A DNA stretch of 63,435 bases, filler included, from Octopus bimaculoides (Eukaryota): assembly GCF_001194135.2 (NCBI RefSeq). It is 6 parts of 6 records of this genome, joined end to end, with 100 filler letters (N's around TTAATTAATTAA, not from the genome) between each part and the next. Parts side by side here need not be neighbours in the genome. Positions count along the whole stretch, not along the records: positions 24,063 to 45,880 come from NC_068981.1; positions 45,981 to 52,712 come from NC_069003.1; positions 52,813 to 60,279 come from NC_068994.1; 3 more parts are not named here. One strand, 5' to 3'. Position 1 is the first letter of the stretch; every line of letters begins with the position of its first letter. The notes beneath the pieces were generated by a model. It was not told the origin of the DNA, did no database searches, and was given only the letters and a program-made list of their open reading frames with translations. Of this stretch, positions 39,290 through 53,063 are shown piece by piece. Made by a program: the position numbers and the translations under genes.

Positions 39290-39668
39290 TGTTGGCACTC
39301 CGTCGCTTACGACGTCGAGGGTTCCAGTTGATCCGATCAATTAAACAGCCTGCTCGTGAAATTAACGTGCAAGTGGCTGAGCACTCCACAGACACGTGTA
39401 CCCTTAACGTAGTTCTCGGGGATATTCAGTGTGACACAGTGTGACAAGGCTGACCCTTTGAATTACAGCCACAACAGAAACAGGAAGTAAGAGTGAGAGA
39501 AAGGTGTGGTGAAAGAGTACAGCAGGGTTCGCCACCATCCCCTGCCGGAGCCTCGTGGAGCTTTAGGTGTTTTCGCTCAATAAGCACTCACAACGCCCAG
39601 GGGAATCAAAACCGCAATCCTATGACCGCGAGTCCACTGCCCTAACCACTGGGCCATTGCGCCTCCAC
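39290..39668 (-). mobile_element. tRNA-derived SINE, family D (young, CpG-rich)
   Basis: Minus head gtggaggcgcaatggcccagtggttagggcagtggactcgcgg is tRNA-like. A decayed relative lies at ~15890-16195, and similar heads occur at 36158 and 57628. Confidence 0.8.
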
Positions 39669-39687
39669 TCCACTCCACCTTTGCATT

Positions 39688-39900
39688 TAAACCAGCCATA
39701 TCCAACCAAAATATTCTACCTGTTTTATGCTCCAACTGATCAGATCTTGCCTCTCACACCAACCCTACAATATCATTCTAAAAATTAGCAGTTACCTCAT
39801 AAAAATCACAAAGCTAAAAAATAACACATGATTAATTCAAAGTAATGTGAATAAATAAGCATTATTGCTGATTGAATAATGTGAATGCTAAAGGGTTAAC
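39688..39900. mobile_element. MITE-like element with a CCCTTT/AAAGGG-TTAA end (piggyBac-like terminus)
   Basis: Right end aatgctaaagggttaa and degenerate left end cctttgcattt. A homologous partial copy lies at ~22590-22712. Confidence 0.55.
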
Positions 39901-42429
39901 ATTATATCAGCTAAGGTTCCAAATGAAAATCAATACCTATTACAGCAATTTGCTGTCTGATCCTAGCTTATAAGTAGTTGAAGGCATTCATGTTGTATAG
40001 TGCAGATTCACTGTTTAAGGTGGGCTGTGAAATTAAACAGCAATTCACTTAACTCTTTTGAGACCATATTTCTGTTTCAAATAAATTTGTAAATAGTTAA
40101 GAATTTGGTTGTAGTTTGTAGAATAACTCCTATATTTATTTCTTTAATAGGCTGGTATTTGGCGCGTAAAAGATTATTGCATAAAATTATTAGTGAAGGT
40201 TATATTATTATCATCATCATCATCATCATTGTTTAATGTCCATTTTCCATACTGGCATGGGTTGGATGGTTTGACCAAAGCTTGTAAGGCCAAGGGCAAT
40301 ACCAGGCTCCATTGTCTTTTCTGGAATGGTTTCTATGGCTGGATGCCCTTGGTAACACTAACCATTCCACAGAGTGTACTGGGTGTTTTTTTATGTGGCA
40401 CCAACTCAAGGAATAGATGTGTATATTAGTTATTAAAGAGGGTTTTTTTGTTTTTTATTTATTTTCTTTTTTATCAAAGTGTCAGTCTTGTGTAGTTTGG
40501 CATCAAAAGTGTTTAGTTAGTAATTTTAAATGGTTGTTTCAAAAGATTTACAGGTGCACAGAAATTCCAATAGGATTTTCATTCCAGTTTAAAGCTTAAT
40601 CGAAAGCAATGACTGTGTGATACAGTGAACAAGGCATCTTGTTCACTGAACATCTCAACTCCACAGTGACTGTTCATCTTTTGGTTGGTCTGTTACTTTT
40701 TGTATTATTGATGGTGGCATGGAACCATAAGTTGATCTATCTAGGAGTTGAACCATAGAACTATCTGCTTTAAACTTGTTACTGGTAAATATCAATCTTA
40801 GTGATTTTAGTGCTCTCATCCATGTGTCAATTTAGCTAATTGAACTCACTTGGCTAAACATATTGCAATATTTCATTCCTCTAAGTTGTAAGTTGAAATA
40901 TCTCCCAGTATCTAAATGCACAAATATTTTGGGTCATTCATTTGACTAAGTACTCTTTCCAAGCAAAATCCACCTTATGTCTCTTCAAAAGAAATCACTA
41001 TTAGATTCCAGAGCAAACAGATGAAGCCTAATCTATATTAGAAAGGAGGTGGAAGTCACTGTATGAAACCCTTAAAAAACGTGATAAGTTTAGTCTTGTT
41101 ATGTCATTCAAGATAGTCAGTTAGCTTTTTTCTCCCCTCATCATATCATAATGTTTTGGTTGTTGTTGTTTAACTGCATGTCAGTCCTGATAAAGCAGAT
41201 TTAACACCAAAGATGTTCTTGCACTGACAAACTCTAGGATTACATTATCTAATATGCCCATCCATTTTTAAGATAACAGGGTATGATTTGAGGAAGGTTT
41301 GGTTCTATTTCTAGTAGACACTAAATGACTGCTTTCTCTCTCTCTCATGTTGCTGACACAGTTGTGCATTTGAAAGGTGACACTCTAGGTTAGTTTGGGA
41401 GCCACCTATTTATATAATTTTCCATTAATATAAATACTATCTCAACTGTCACAGTTCACACCTAGTTCTTGACATAATTTACACCAACATGGAAAAGGAG
41501 GAGAGAAATCTACTTATTAAAAGTGGTCTCTTTACAGTGTGCTTTTTTTCTTTTCCCTTTTTGGGTTTTCCTGTCATTAGTCATTTCCACAATGAATAAT
41601 AAAAGCAGGAAGGCTTTAGCTATTGAACAGGAATAGCTGAAATCTCATTGAGGTTCCCTGACAAAATACCATCACAATACTGTTGAATGTACAATATATG
41701 TATTATTGTACTTTAGCACAGGTTAGCTCTAATGTGCAAAACTATGAGTAAAGGCATTCCAACCATGACTATCTCATCTTTTTGTATATCTGGGACAAAT
41801 TGTCCAATGTATTTTTCATTTAAAGAAGATAAGGTGTGTGTTTTTTTTGTTTGTTTTTTTTTGTGTCCTAATGTGGTGAGACATCTGGTTAATACAATTA
41901 ATATTGTGATAGCATAGATGCTCTCTCATTGACTGATGGAGGATGCGTGTTTGTGTAAGCTGATAGAAGTATAATTTAACCCTCTTGCAACACCCAGGCC
42001 AGCTGATCAGCCTAAGGGACACAAGCTGAAAGAACTTTGAGGCTGATGAATCGGCCTGATGAAACAAACATTTTGAAATGTAACAGCCAATCAAGGATCA
42101 TCTTTCAGTAGATATATAAAACTATATAATATATATAATTTTACATACTAATAAGGTAGTTTTAGATACATTATCCTTTGTTTTCTACTTGCAACCAATG
42201 TGCATGAATTTGGCTGACAGAAACTGTGAAAGCCTACCATATGTGTGTGTGTGTGTGTATTTATACGATTTTGTGTGCATTGTGAAATTGTATAACTAAC
42301 TTTGCTTTTTGTTTTTTTTATTTCTTTTCAGATCTGAAATGTTAGCAGTGGCTGATATATTCTCCATCTTTTCTGACTGAGACATTTTTCATAACAGCAT
42401 TCAAATTCACCATTTCCTCCATCAACACA

Positions 42430-42948
42430 ATGTCAGAAAAAGACAGCTACGTTTGTACACAGCCAGCCCATGTTACTCCACTGCAGATTCCAAAACTGAA
42501 GATAGAACGACGGAAAACAGGGCCAGATAAGAAGGGAGCCAAAGTAGCGAATCATAAGTGTGATATATGTGGCAAGGCATATGTTGAGTTGTCATATTTG
42601 AAGGCCCATCAAGTTGTTAGTCATGGTCCTAATGCAGCTAAACCAAATAAGTGCGACATTCCATCATTGAAGACTTTCAAGTGTGACATTTGCAGTAAGC
42701 AGTTCAGTAGAAATTACCACCTAGACCGCCATCGAATGATCCATACTGGTGAAAAGCCATTCAAGTGTAAAGTTTGTAACAAGACCTTTAGCCGTAACTA
42801 TCATCTGCACAGACATACTTTCATACATACTGGTGAGAAGCCATATAGTTGTGAAGTGTGTGCCAAAGCATTTTCAAGAACTGATAAACTTAAAAAGCAC
42901 ACTAAGACCCATTTAGCACCTTTCCGTGAGGTTAAAAGTTCAAGATGA
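42430..42948 (+). CDS. C2H2 zinc-finger protein, 172 aa, four fingers, single coding exon
   Basis: ORF has one isolated C2H2 finger followed by three tandem fingers joined by HTGEKP linkers. The exon starts at acceptor ttcttttcag|42332, and an in-frame TAG upstream of 42430 fixes the start codon. Confidence 0.92.
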   Translation: MSEKDSYVCTQPAHVTPLQIPKLKIERRKTGPDKKGAKVANHKCDICGKAYVELSYLKAHQVVSHGPNAAKPNKCDIPSLKTFKCDICSKQFSRNYHLDRHRMIHTGEKPFKCKVCNKTFSRNYHLHRHTFIHTGEKPYSCEVCAKAFSRTDKLKKHTKTHLAPFREVKSSR

Positions 42949-42987
42949 GAAGAGAAATTGAAGTATATATATATATGTGTGTGTATG

Positions 42988-43030
<43 letters not shown>

Positions 43031-43033
43031 ATG

Positions 43034-43082
<49 letters not shown>

Positions 43083-43088
<6 letters not shown>

Positions 43089-43410
43089 CGTCCACTTTTG
43101 ACCGAGGAAGACCATTGCTGACCCTCAAGAACATTGTGTGCTCTAGGACTAACTTATATTTTGCATTTGTGGATCCGTTGGTGACTAATGAGCCCTGCTC
43201 TTGAAAAGCATACACGACTACAAACATTGCAAACCAAGCTTTCCCCATTCACTATGCAAGCAGTGCGCTTTTGAGTAGCACGCTTAAATTCTTCATGCAG
43301 AATATGTGCTCTTTCAAAGCTGTCAACCCCCTCCTTAACCTGCTTCCTCCATCTGTAGCAATGACAGGCATTGGTCTCCTGCATATTACAGGCCTTTCAT
43401 GAGGCCTTTA
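43083..43410 (-). mobile_element. RTE LINE 3' end with C-terminal C2H2-like motif, antisense and just downstream of the ZNF stop
   Basis: WRKQVKEGVDSFERAHILHEEFKRATQK...CNVCSRVCFSRAGLISHQRIH, then a 3' UTR running into the (AT)n tract. Confidence 0.75.
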
Positions 43411-44933
43411 TGTGTGTGTGTTACTTAAACACAGCAATAATGGCAGACTCACAAATTTATAAATTTATAAAAAAAAAAAAGTAATTTGAAGGAGCAGTAT
43501 TTAAATAAATAGACTGCTATTTCACTATATTTATTAAGAGTGGAATAGATATTCATCTCCCAAATTGGACAGCCAGGGTCTTTTCTATTAAAATTAAGTC
43601 AAATCTAACCTGTTCTCAGTCCTATATTTTGATATCACTGATTTTTAATGCTGATTCTGTTTGGGAAATAACTTGCAAAATGTGTGTCCTTTACATATAC
43701 ACATATAAGCACACAAGGTACCCATTTATGAACATTCACCATATCTTGGAATAATTCATTTTTATTTTCATTATTATATATTAGTTTCTATGTAATTATA
43801 TATAAAATTTAATCCTATTATTATCATCGTTTTGCATCTACTTTCCAAGCTGGGTTGGATGGGTCTATGCTGCTCTTCTAGATAATTCAGAGATCCATAT
43901 TTCACTCATAAGTTTGAATCTGTGGTTGGTTTCGATAATGTCCTTCCTAGCAACAACCACTGGGTGCTTCAGAGGGTGTTATGTTTCTGACAAGACTAAA
44001 CAGTCCTTTTGACCTCATGCTTAAGTGTGCATTGGGTGCATTTTGTCATGGCACCAGCATGACATGAATGAGAGAGAGCAATGGTTGTCGAGTGGTGAGT
44101 AAATATGTATGCTGACACCAAAAGACAAGGGGAGGAGTGCAGGTATAGTGTGGAGTACATGCAAATGTGATATGGTCCTTTATGAGATGGGCAAGAGAGC
44201 TAGTGTGTCTAAGTTGGCAGGGATAGTTGGAGTGCTGGTGAAAGGAAGCAGTATACAGTGAAGAGGAAAACATCCAGTGCCATCCTAAGTTACAGTGAGA
44301 TTGAGGAGAGGAGAAAGTGATTTGAGAGGTAAATAATAAAAGCATAAATGATAAAGGCTTAGACAATAGAGACATGTGAAACTGGCATGGCTGACAGACA
44401 GATGAGTGGATGTGATAGAGAGGTCTTAAAGAGATGAGAATCTATCATCATCATCATCATCATCATCATCATACATCCATTTTCCATGTTGGCATGGATT
44501 GGACTGTTTGGCAAGAGCTGCCCAGACTTCATGTCTGTTTTAGCATGGTTTCTATTGCTGGATGCCCTTCTTAATGCCAACCACTTTACAGAGTGTACCA
44601 GGTGCTTTTACACAACACCAGCATGGGTGCATTTACATGGCACCAGCACCCACAAGGTTAGGAATGCTCAGCTGGAGAGAGATGCAGGGAGCAGCCTGTA
44701 TGCAAGGACAACAATATATATGTATATAGTTGAAATTTACAGAAAACCAAAAGACGAAGACAGGTGTATAAACAACAAGCAAGTGTATTAGTTTCATGCT
44801 TGGAAAGGTGAGAAAATATTTTACATTTCAAGCCTATGCTCTTCAACAGAAAGGAACATGAGGAAATAAAGAGAGAGAGAATAAAAAAACTTTTGGAGTT
44901 TGCATACCTATACATGTATATATCTAAAGATAC

Positions 44934-44976
<43 letters not shown>

Positions 44977-44999
44977 GCAGGTAGGTTTTCTGCACAACA

Positions 45000-45385
45000 T
45001 GTCACCACTCAACATGGTTGATCCTTTGACATCTCTTTGCCATTAAAGGTAACAACTTCGGATCTGTCTTCATCACCTTGTCTTCCTCAGTCTCCTTTGT
45101 CTACGGGTTCATTTATTTTGAGTGTGGAACGCTTTTGTCCACTTCCATATGTATCATATGACCATACCAAGGTTAGCTTCTGTTTTGTGTACTACATCTA
45201 ATTCCTCTTGTGTTCACTTTTTCTCTCTGCTCATTTATGCTCTGCCATTAATGCACACTGACTTTGCACATTCAGCAGAGAATGCTCACTTCTTCTATTT
45301 TTAGTTTTCACAATTATTCTGCATTTAAGGCCTATGTTTCTCTACAGTACAACAGCATGTTTCATACACAGGTATCATACAATCT
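45000..45385 (-). mobile_element. Old degenerate RTE LINE fragment related to the 21437-22584 family
   Basis: Decayed MCKVSVH...EKVNTRGIRCS...WYGHM motif series. Confidence 0.55.
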
Positions 45386-45529
45386 GTCCTTTCTAAAGAA
45401 AACTTATTTGTGTTCAGTTGAAGTAATAACATCCTAAACATTTTCCAACCAATTCTTACATGCAATGATTGTATAAACATACATGCAATGATTGTATATG
45501 GACAGAGACTTAAAAGATAAAAGAGATAT

Positions 45530-45830
45530 GTGTAATAAAGTCATGCAAAGAATCCAAAATGATACAATTGAGATGACAATGAGTATCAACAGGATCACTG
45601 ACAAAATAAGATTCACGCACTGGAACTGGATTGGACACATCCTCAGACAAAATTGAGAAAACTACTGTACAGTTGCACTAAAGTGGAATCCTGAGGGGAA
45701 AAAGAGCCACAGGACACCCTAAAACCACATGGCAAAGGACCATTGACAAAGAAAGGAGGCGAGAATGGTGGAGAGGATGGAACAAGATCAAAATACTGGC
45801 AGAAAACAGAGCTAGTTCGAGAGTTCATTT
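45530..45830 (+). mobile_element. RTE-clade LINE C-terminal remnant (different subfamily)
   Basis: WNWIGHILRQN...ALKWNPEGK../..PKTTWQRTIDKE, the typical WIGH.LR..W.PEGKR.RGRPK.TW signature. Confidence 0.75.
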
Positions 45831-47803
45831 GTAGTTTTTGAAGTGGGAGAATATAATTGCAAAATTTTAATAGAGGAGTGNNNNNNNNNNNNNNNNNNNN
45901 NNNNNNNNNNNNNNNNNNNNNNNNTTAATTAATTAANNNNNNNNNNNNNNNNNNNNNNNNNNNNNNNNNNNNNNNNNNNNTAGAGGTGTGGTATTGTGTA
46001 GGCAGAGGTTGGGGTAGGTGGGGTATTGGGTAGGTAGAGGGTGGGGTATGTGGGAGAAGGTGTAGGGGATGGGGTGTAAGGGATGGAATGGGGTGTGATG
46101 GGAAGGAATAGGAAGGTGGGGTGGGAGTATGTAGGCGTGGGGTGGGCTTATGAGGGAGGGTTGACAATGAACGGGGAAGGGAAAGGTAGGTATGAGAGAA
46201 GAGGGAAAGAGAGGAGAGAGAAAGAGAGTAAGAGAGAAGAGAGAAAGAGACTAGGGGTAAAGAGAAATAGGAGTGAAGAAAAGTAAACAGAAGTAGGAGT
46301 CGGAGCAAGAGAGGAAGTAGATGTCTGTATGTGTACGTCCATAAATAGATACTTACATGCATACAAATACACGTACATACATAAATACACACATACACCT
46401 GTAAGCGTTTAATGTGTGTGATATCTTTAAGTTTTAAATTAATTCTGACTATTTTGATTAAACATTGCTATTTCATCGAAGTAGTAAATTCAAAAATATA
46501 CCGAAAATTTATTTTTACTAAATACATCGAAACCAAACACTTGATGAATTATATAATTATTGAATGGATTCCACGGACTACTTCTTTTTATTTTTTATTT
46601 TTTATCCTTGGTATTTCTAATTTCATTATTTGGAAATATTGTCGCCGCTGAATTTAATATTTAATGATTCCTGTGTAAAATTCAAGCGCTTCATTTGTCT
46701 TTATGGAGTTAAAAATAATTTGGGGAAGATATTATACAATTCCTACACGCCAAATATATAAGCATCAATCATCTTGTCTCTCAGTAAATGTATACCATGC
46801 GAAAGCATTGGCATCATTATCTGTCTTTTTGAAGTTAAAAGTGAAATTTTAAATGGAATTACTACGAGCCGCGTGCGTGTGAGTGCTTGTGTGAGTGAGT
46901 GCGTGTGCGTGCGGTGTGTGTCTTTGTGTCTGTGTTTGATCCCCTACTACCGCTTGACAACCGCAAAAGAGACGGATAAAGTAATTACATTGCTTTAAAA
47001 AAATTGCACTGGGATCGCCTCGTACGATTAAAATTCTTCAATAACTGAAACCAGTAAACGATAAAAAGATTATACATACCAACATACATACATACATACA
47101 TAAATACATATATATATATACGTAGTACGTACGTACATACATACATGTATACGGCGGGATTCCTCACAGTTTCCGTCTACCAAATTCACTCGCAATACAT
47201 TGGTGGGCACCGGACTATTATAGCACGTGACATTTGCTTATTGTGTCACACAGTGGGAGTGAACCTGAAACCCTATGGTTGCAAACCGAGCCTTTTAACC
47301 GTACAGCCATACCTGCATCGGTTGATACAAGTCGTTTGCATTTAATTCTGAACCACTTGTTATTATTATAGCTACGAATCTAACAATATCCTTGCATGCT
47401 CGAGGATATAAAATATCTGTTACAAATGGAAGCTATACAATTGAATCCCCAGTCGCCCGATGAAGCAGGAGAGCAAAACTCTAATAAGATCTCATCATCA
47501 AGACTGAGATTTAAATAAACGTCAACCAACAATTTACCGATATTATACATTGTCTCTGTTATTATATATATATATATATATATGCAAACATTGACATGTA
47601 TATAGAGTTGTGTAAGGGGCTAAAACATTTTACATATACTGTGTTGGGGGAGGGGTATTTGTGTCTGTGTATGTATGTATATGCATATGTGAGAATATCA
47701 TGTGTATCTTAACGTGAATGCACAATTGACAGGCAATATACAACTATATATATGTACACATTTACAAATATATACATAAACATATGCATGCATGTGTGTG
47801 TGT

Positions 47804-47837
<34 letters not shown>

Positions 47838-47866
47838 CTATATATATATATATATANNNNNNNNNN

Positions 47867-47929
<63 letters not shown>

Positions 47930-48668
47930 TAATTACAAGTGCATATTTAGGAATATGTATATGTGTACACGTATATACATAAGTATAAATATATACATGT
48001 GCATCAGATATATATTACAGTATATAAATATCTATGCATATATACTTACGTATACATACAAACACGAAAACACACACATATATGTATACATATATGCATG
48101 TATATATGTTATACATGCATATATATNNNNNNNNNNNNNNNNNNNNNNNNNNNNNNNNNNNNNNNNNNNNNNNNNNNNNNNNNNNNNNNNNNNNNNNNNN
48201 NNNNNNNNNNNNNNNNNNNNNNNNNNNNNNNNNNNNNNNNNNNNNNNNNNNNNNNNNNNNNNNNNNNNNNNNNNNNNNNNNNNNNNNNNNNNNNNNNNNN
48301 NNNNNNNNNNNNNNNNNNNNNNNNNNNNNNNNNNNNNNNNNNNNNNNNNNNNNNNNNNNNNNNNNNNNNNNNNNNNNNNNNNNNNNNNNNNNNNNNNNNN
48401 NNNNNNNNNNNNNNNNNNNNNNNNNNNNNNNNNNNNNNNNNNNNNNNNNNNNNNNNNNNNNNNNNNNNNNNNNNNNNNNNNNNNNNNNNNNNNNNNNNNN
48501 NNNNNNNNNNNNNNNNNNNNNNNNNNNNNNNNNNNNNNNNNNNNNNNNNNNNNNNNNNNNNNNNNNNNNNNNNNNNNNNNNNNNNNNNNNNNNNNNNNNN
48601 NNNNNNNNNNNNNNNNNNNNNNNNNNNNNNNNNNNNNNNNNNNNNNNNNNNNNNNNNNNNNNNNNNNN

Positions 48669-48748
<80 letters not shown>

Positions 48749-49250
48749 TATTATTATTATTATTGAGTCAGAGAGCAATGCGATGCTATCAAAGTGACAC
48801 TGGGGTAAAATATACGAAGCCCATTATACCCATCAAGACTACCCGTCTGATAAGGGTACACCAAGGACATGCATCACAACCATATGTGTACGACATAGTG
48901 ATCCCATATCAAGATCGCATGACCTTGCAGGTGGGGCTCAGTTAGAATTTTCTTCAGGTCGAGTAGCCTATCCCGCTCAAAAGTTCTCTGAATAAGGGTT
49001 GCTTAAGGATTTTGAACGAAACATTCATGTTTCCAGAGGTAAATTATCCAAACCTTAAAGAATTCCTCTCGACACATGGCTATGATGCTCTCCCAGTACT
49101 TCTGCTCGTGATCAGAGAAGTACATATCGTCAGCCACCAAGGGACATGCTCAACTGGTGAAGGTCAAACAACTGACAAACAAATCTGTGGTATTGAGTAG
49201 AATATTTGTTGTAGCCCATCTTTTACACCAAGACAAAACAATGTACACAG
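48669..49250 (-). mobile_element. Retroposon 3' end or non-autonomous element with (TAA)n tail
   Basis: About 480 bp of higher-GC, non-coding sequence ends directly in a long (TAA)n tract. The family was not identified. Confidence 0.5.
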
Positions 49251-49401
49251 GGGTCTGCATATCTGTTTCTCACTCCACCCAGTAAACACACACACACAAG
49301 CATATGCATACATGCATGCATGCATACATACATACATACTTATATGCATGCATACATACATATATACATACATACATGTATGTATGTATGTATGTATGTA
49401 A

Positions 49402-49445
<44 letters not shown>

Positions 49446-50208
49446 CTCGAGTTTTTCGCAGTTCCGGTCTACCTAATTCACTCACGAGACTTTGATCGGC
49501 CTGATGATATAATAGAATACGACACTTGCCGAGGATACCACTCAATGGGACTGAACCCGTATACATGTGTTTGGGATACAATCTTCTTATCATACAGCCA
49601 CACTTGCGCTTATGTATTTATTCCACTATTATAATGCCTTGCGTAGTTGAAATATGAAAGTAAGCGCAGTGTTTCTATACTGCTGATGCACGAATAATTG
49701 TGCGGAAAGAATATGCCTCAATTCTCATATAACCCTCGGAGGGCTTTATACCTATATTTATTTCAGGTATTTTTTTTTATTTTATCATTCGTTGTGTATA
49801 AAAGTACATATATAAATGTCTGTATTGAAGAGACTATTAGATGTCCTTATACAACGCTGATCACAATGTTCCTACTTACGTTGTTGTGCATTTAAATGCT
49901 GCCACCCCACTGGCCAGGTGGACAGGTCAACATTCCCCACTGAATAGGAACGCCAATCGAACCCCGAGTCACAGATTTACTGATGAATGGGCTGGAGTAA
50001 CGTGAACAAGGAACTGCTATTCGTGAATCACAATCACGTTCTTGAGCTCGTCATTCATACATACTTACACATATTGTAGACATACGCGCGCGCACGCACA
50101 AACACGCACACATGCACACACACACACAAACACACACACACACTCATATATATATACACATATATGTGTGTATGTACGTGTGTATGGACACAAGACACAT
50201 ACGCACAT

Positions 50209-50266
<58 letters not shown>

Positions 50267-52673
50267 ATGTATGTATATATGCACAGACATACTCATAGAC
50301 GCGCGCGAACGCGTGGGAGAAACGAAGGTACATCAACTAAACACACAAAAACAAAAACCAAAGAAAATTAAGATCGTAAACAGTTTCAGGTTATACCATC
50401 AGCGTCATCTAGCGTTGGAGTCTTTCAACTAAGAGGATGTAACAAATATAATTAAAATACACATTTTTAACGAAAATTCGAATTTAATTTCCGTTCAGAC
50501 GTAATTCAAAATGTGAAAAGACCGGAAGTTCTTTCGTTTCAATTAATTATGAAACTAATCATTGTAACTAACACAACCAGGGCATGTAGTTAATGTCACC
50601 TGATATTACAGCCATATTATAAGTTTTGTGCTTATAGTAACTGTGTAAAGATATGTTGACACCCCAGTAGGCATATGTAGACATAGATACATAGATACAT
50701 AGATATATATACATATATATATACATATATATATATANNNNNNNNNNNNNNNNNNNNNNNNNNNNNNNNNNNNNNNNNNNNNNNNNNNNNNNNNNNNNNN
50801 NNNNNNNNNNNNNNNNNNNNNNNNNNNNNNNNNNNNNNNNNNNNNNNNNNNNNNNNNNNNNNNNNNNNNNNNNNNNNNNNNNNNNNNNNNNNNNNNNNNN
50901 NNNNNNNNNNNNNNNNNNNNNNNNNNNNNNNNNNNNNNNNNNNNNNNNNNNNNNNNNNNNNNNNNNNNNNNNNNNNNNNNNNNNNNNNNNNNNNNNNNNN
51001 NNNNNNNNNNNNNNNNNNNNNNNNNNNNNNNNNNNNNNNNNNNNNNNNNNNNNNNNNNNNNNNNNNNNNNNNNNNNNNNNNNNNNNNNNNNNNNNNNNNN
51101 NNNNNNNNNNNNNNNNNNNNNNNNNNNNNNNNNNNNNNNNNNNNNNNNNNNNNNNNNNNNNNNNNNNNNNNNNNNNNNNNNNNNNNNNNNNNNNNNNNNN
51201 NNNNNNNNNNNNNNNNNNNNNNNNNNNNNNNNNNNNNNNNNNNNNNNNNNNNNNNNNNNNNNNNNNNNNNNNNNNNNNNNNNNNNNNNNNNNNNNNNNNN
51301 NNNNNNNNNNNNNNNNNNNNNNNNNNNNNNNNNNNNNNNNNNNNNNNNNNNNNNNNNNNNNNNNNNNNNNNNNNNNNNNNNNNNNNNNNNNNNNNNNNNN
51401 NNNNNNNNNNNNNNNNNNNNNNNATATATATATATATATACACAGATATATATATATGAATGAATGTATAGATACATACATATGTGTGTGTATGTATATA
51501 TATATATATATATTTGACGGGCTTCTTTCACATTCATTCTCACAACTACTCAGTGCGGTATTGCTATACGTATACAGCTGTATATATGCATATGAATGAA
51601 TATATGAGAGTGCGTTTGTGCATTTTCTACGATGGTGGGATATCCGTCATATTCACGGGGATGTGGGTTCGAGTCTCCCAGGCACTCTGCGAATTTTTCA
51701 AACGAAAACCGTTTTTAACCTAATATTTACTCACAAACATTTAAAGCTCATTCTGGTTCAAAATCCATCGTTCCCAAAACAAAGGATTATTTCACTTACT
51801 CCCGAAGTTAGCAAAATGCTTCTGACTACAATATACGTACAGCTGTGTGGTATGAAGTTTGCTTCGCAACCACATGGGTCTGGTTTCAGGCACAATGCGT
51901 AGTACCTTCTGCAAAGTTATTAAACTATAACCACGGGCGGACCAAAGATTTTGAGTGGATTTCGCTAGAGGAAGCTGAAAGAAGAATGCTGTTTGTACAT
52001 ACATACATACATACGAAAGGTGGTCATTAAAGATTTCCTCTGACCCACTTCGGGTTATTGTAGGAAACAGAGCTTGTACAGGTATAATCATACATGTCTC
52101 TACATGTCTCATTTCAAATCTTGTTATCTTGAATTTATTATATTAATCTCAGATGTAAAAATTTGGTAAAATTCTTCTCTACACAGATCACATTTATTAG
52201 TTCTTGGTCTGTATGGTTTTGCAGCACTAATTAATTCCCAAATGATAGTATAGTCATTGTTTTTTTCTTTAATAGACCAGATTAAACTACTTAGACTTGT
52301 TTGAAATTTTTTAATTTTTATCTCTAAATGAAGAGGTGATTAACCAATCGTTTTTTTGAAAATTAGTATAGTAGCACCGATGTAAAAGTATTCATTTCTC
52401 TCAGATTTAACTTTACATCTATAATTACACATGCTCACCCACACATTCGCCAAAAAAAAATATATATATATATACCCCATACACGCTCACAAACGCGCGC
52501 GCGCAACACGCTCTCACGCATACACACGCGCGCAAAAAGGTTCATACACACGTCTATATACGCAGACGCCCAAGAAATAACAGGGCTAAACACAAAATAC
52601 AGAAAAATGTGTAAAAGGTGTAAAAAAAGCAATAAGGATAAAGCACGTCTATATACGCACACTCTGTTTTAAT

Positions 52674-52712
<39 letters not shown>

Positions 52713-52812
52713 NNNNNNNNNNNNNNNNNNNNNNNNNNNNNNNNNNNNNNNNNNNNTTAATTAATTAANNNNNNNNNNNNNNNNNNNNNNNNNNNNNNNN
52801 NNNNNNNNNNNN

Positions 52813-52865
<53 letters not shown>

Positions 52866-53029
52866 GAGAAGGAGAAATAGAGATAGATAGATAGATAGAT
52901 AGATAAATATGATATCAAGCACCATAGGCCGAAGATCTTTGCTAAGCTTGAAACTCAGAGTACCAAGACATTTGAATCAAACTACTTTGATCCATATATC
53001 AAAGATGAAGATATGTTTGTGTACGTACG

Positions 53030-53063
<34 letters not shown>

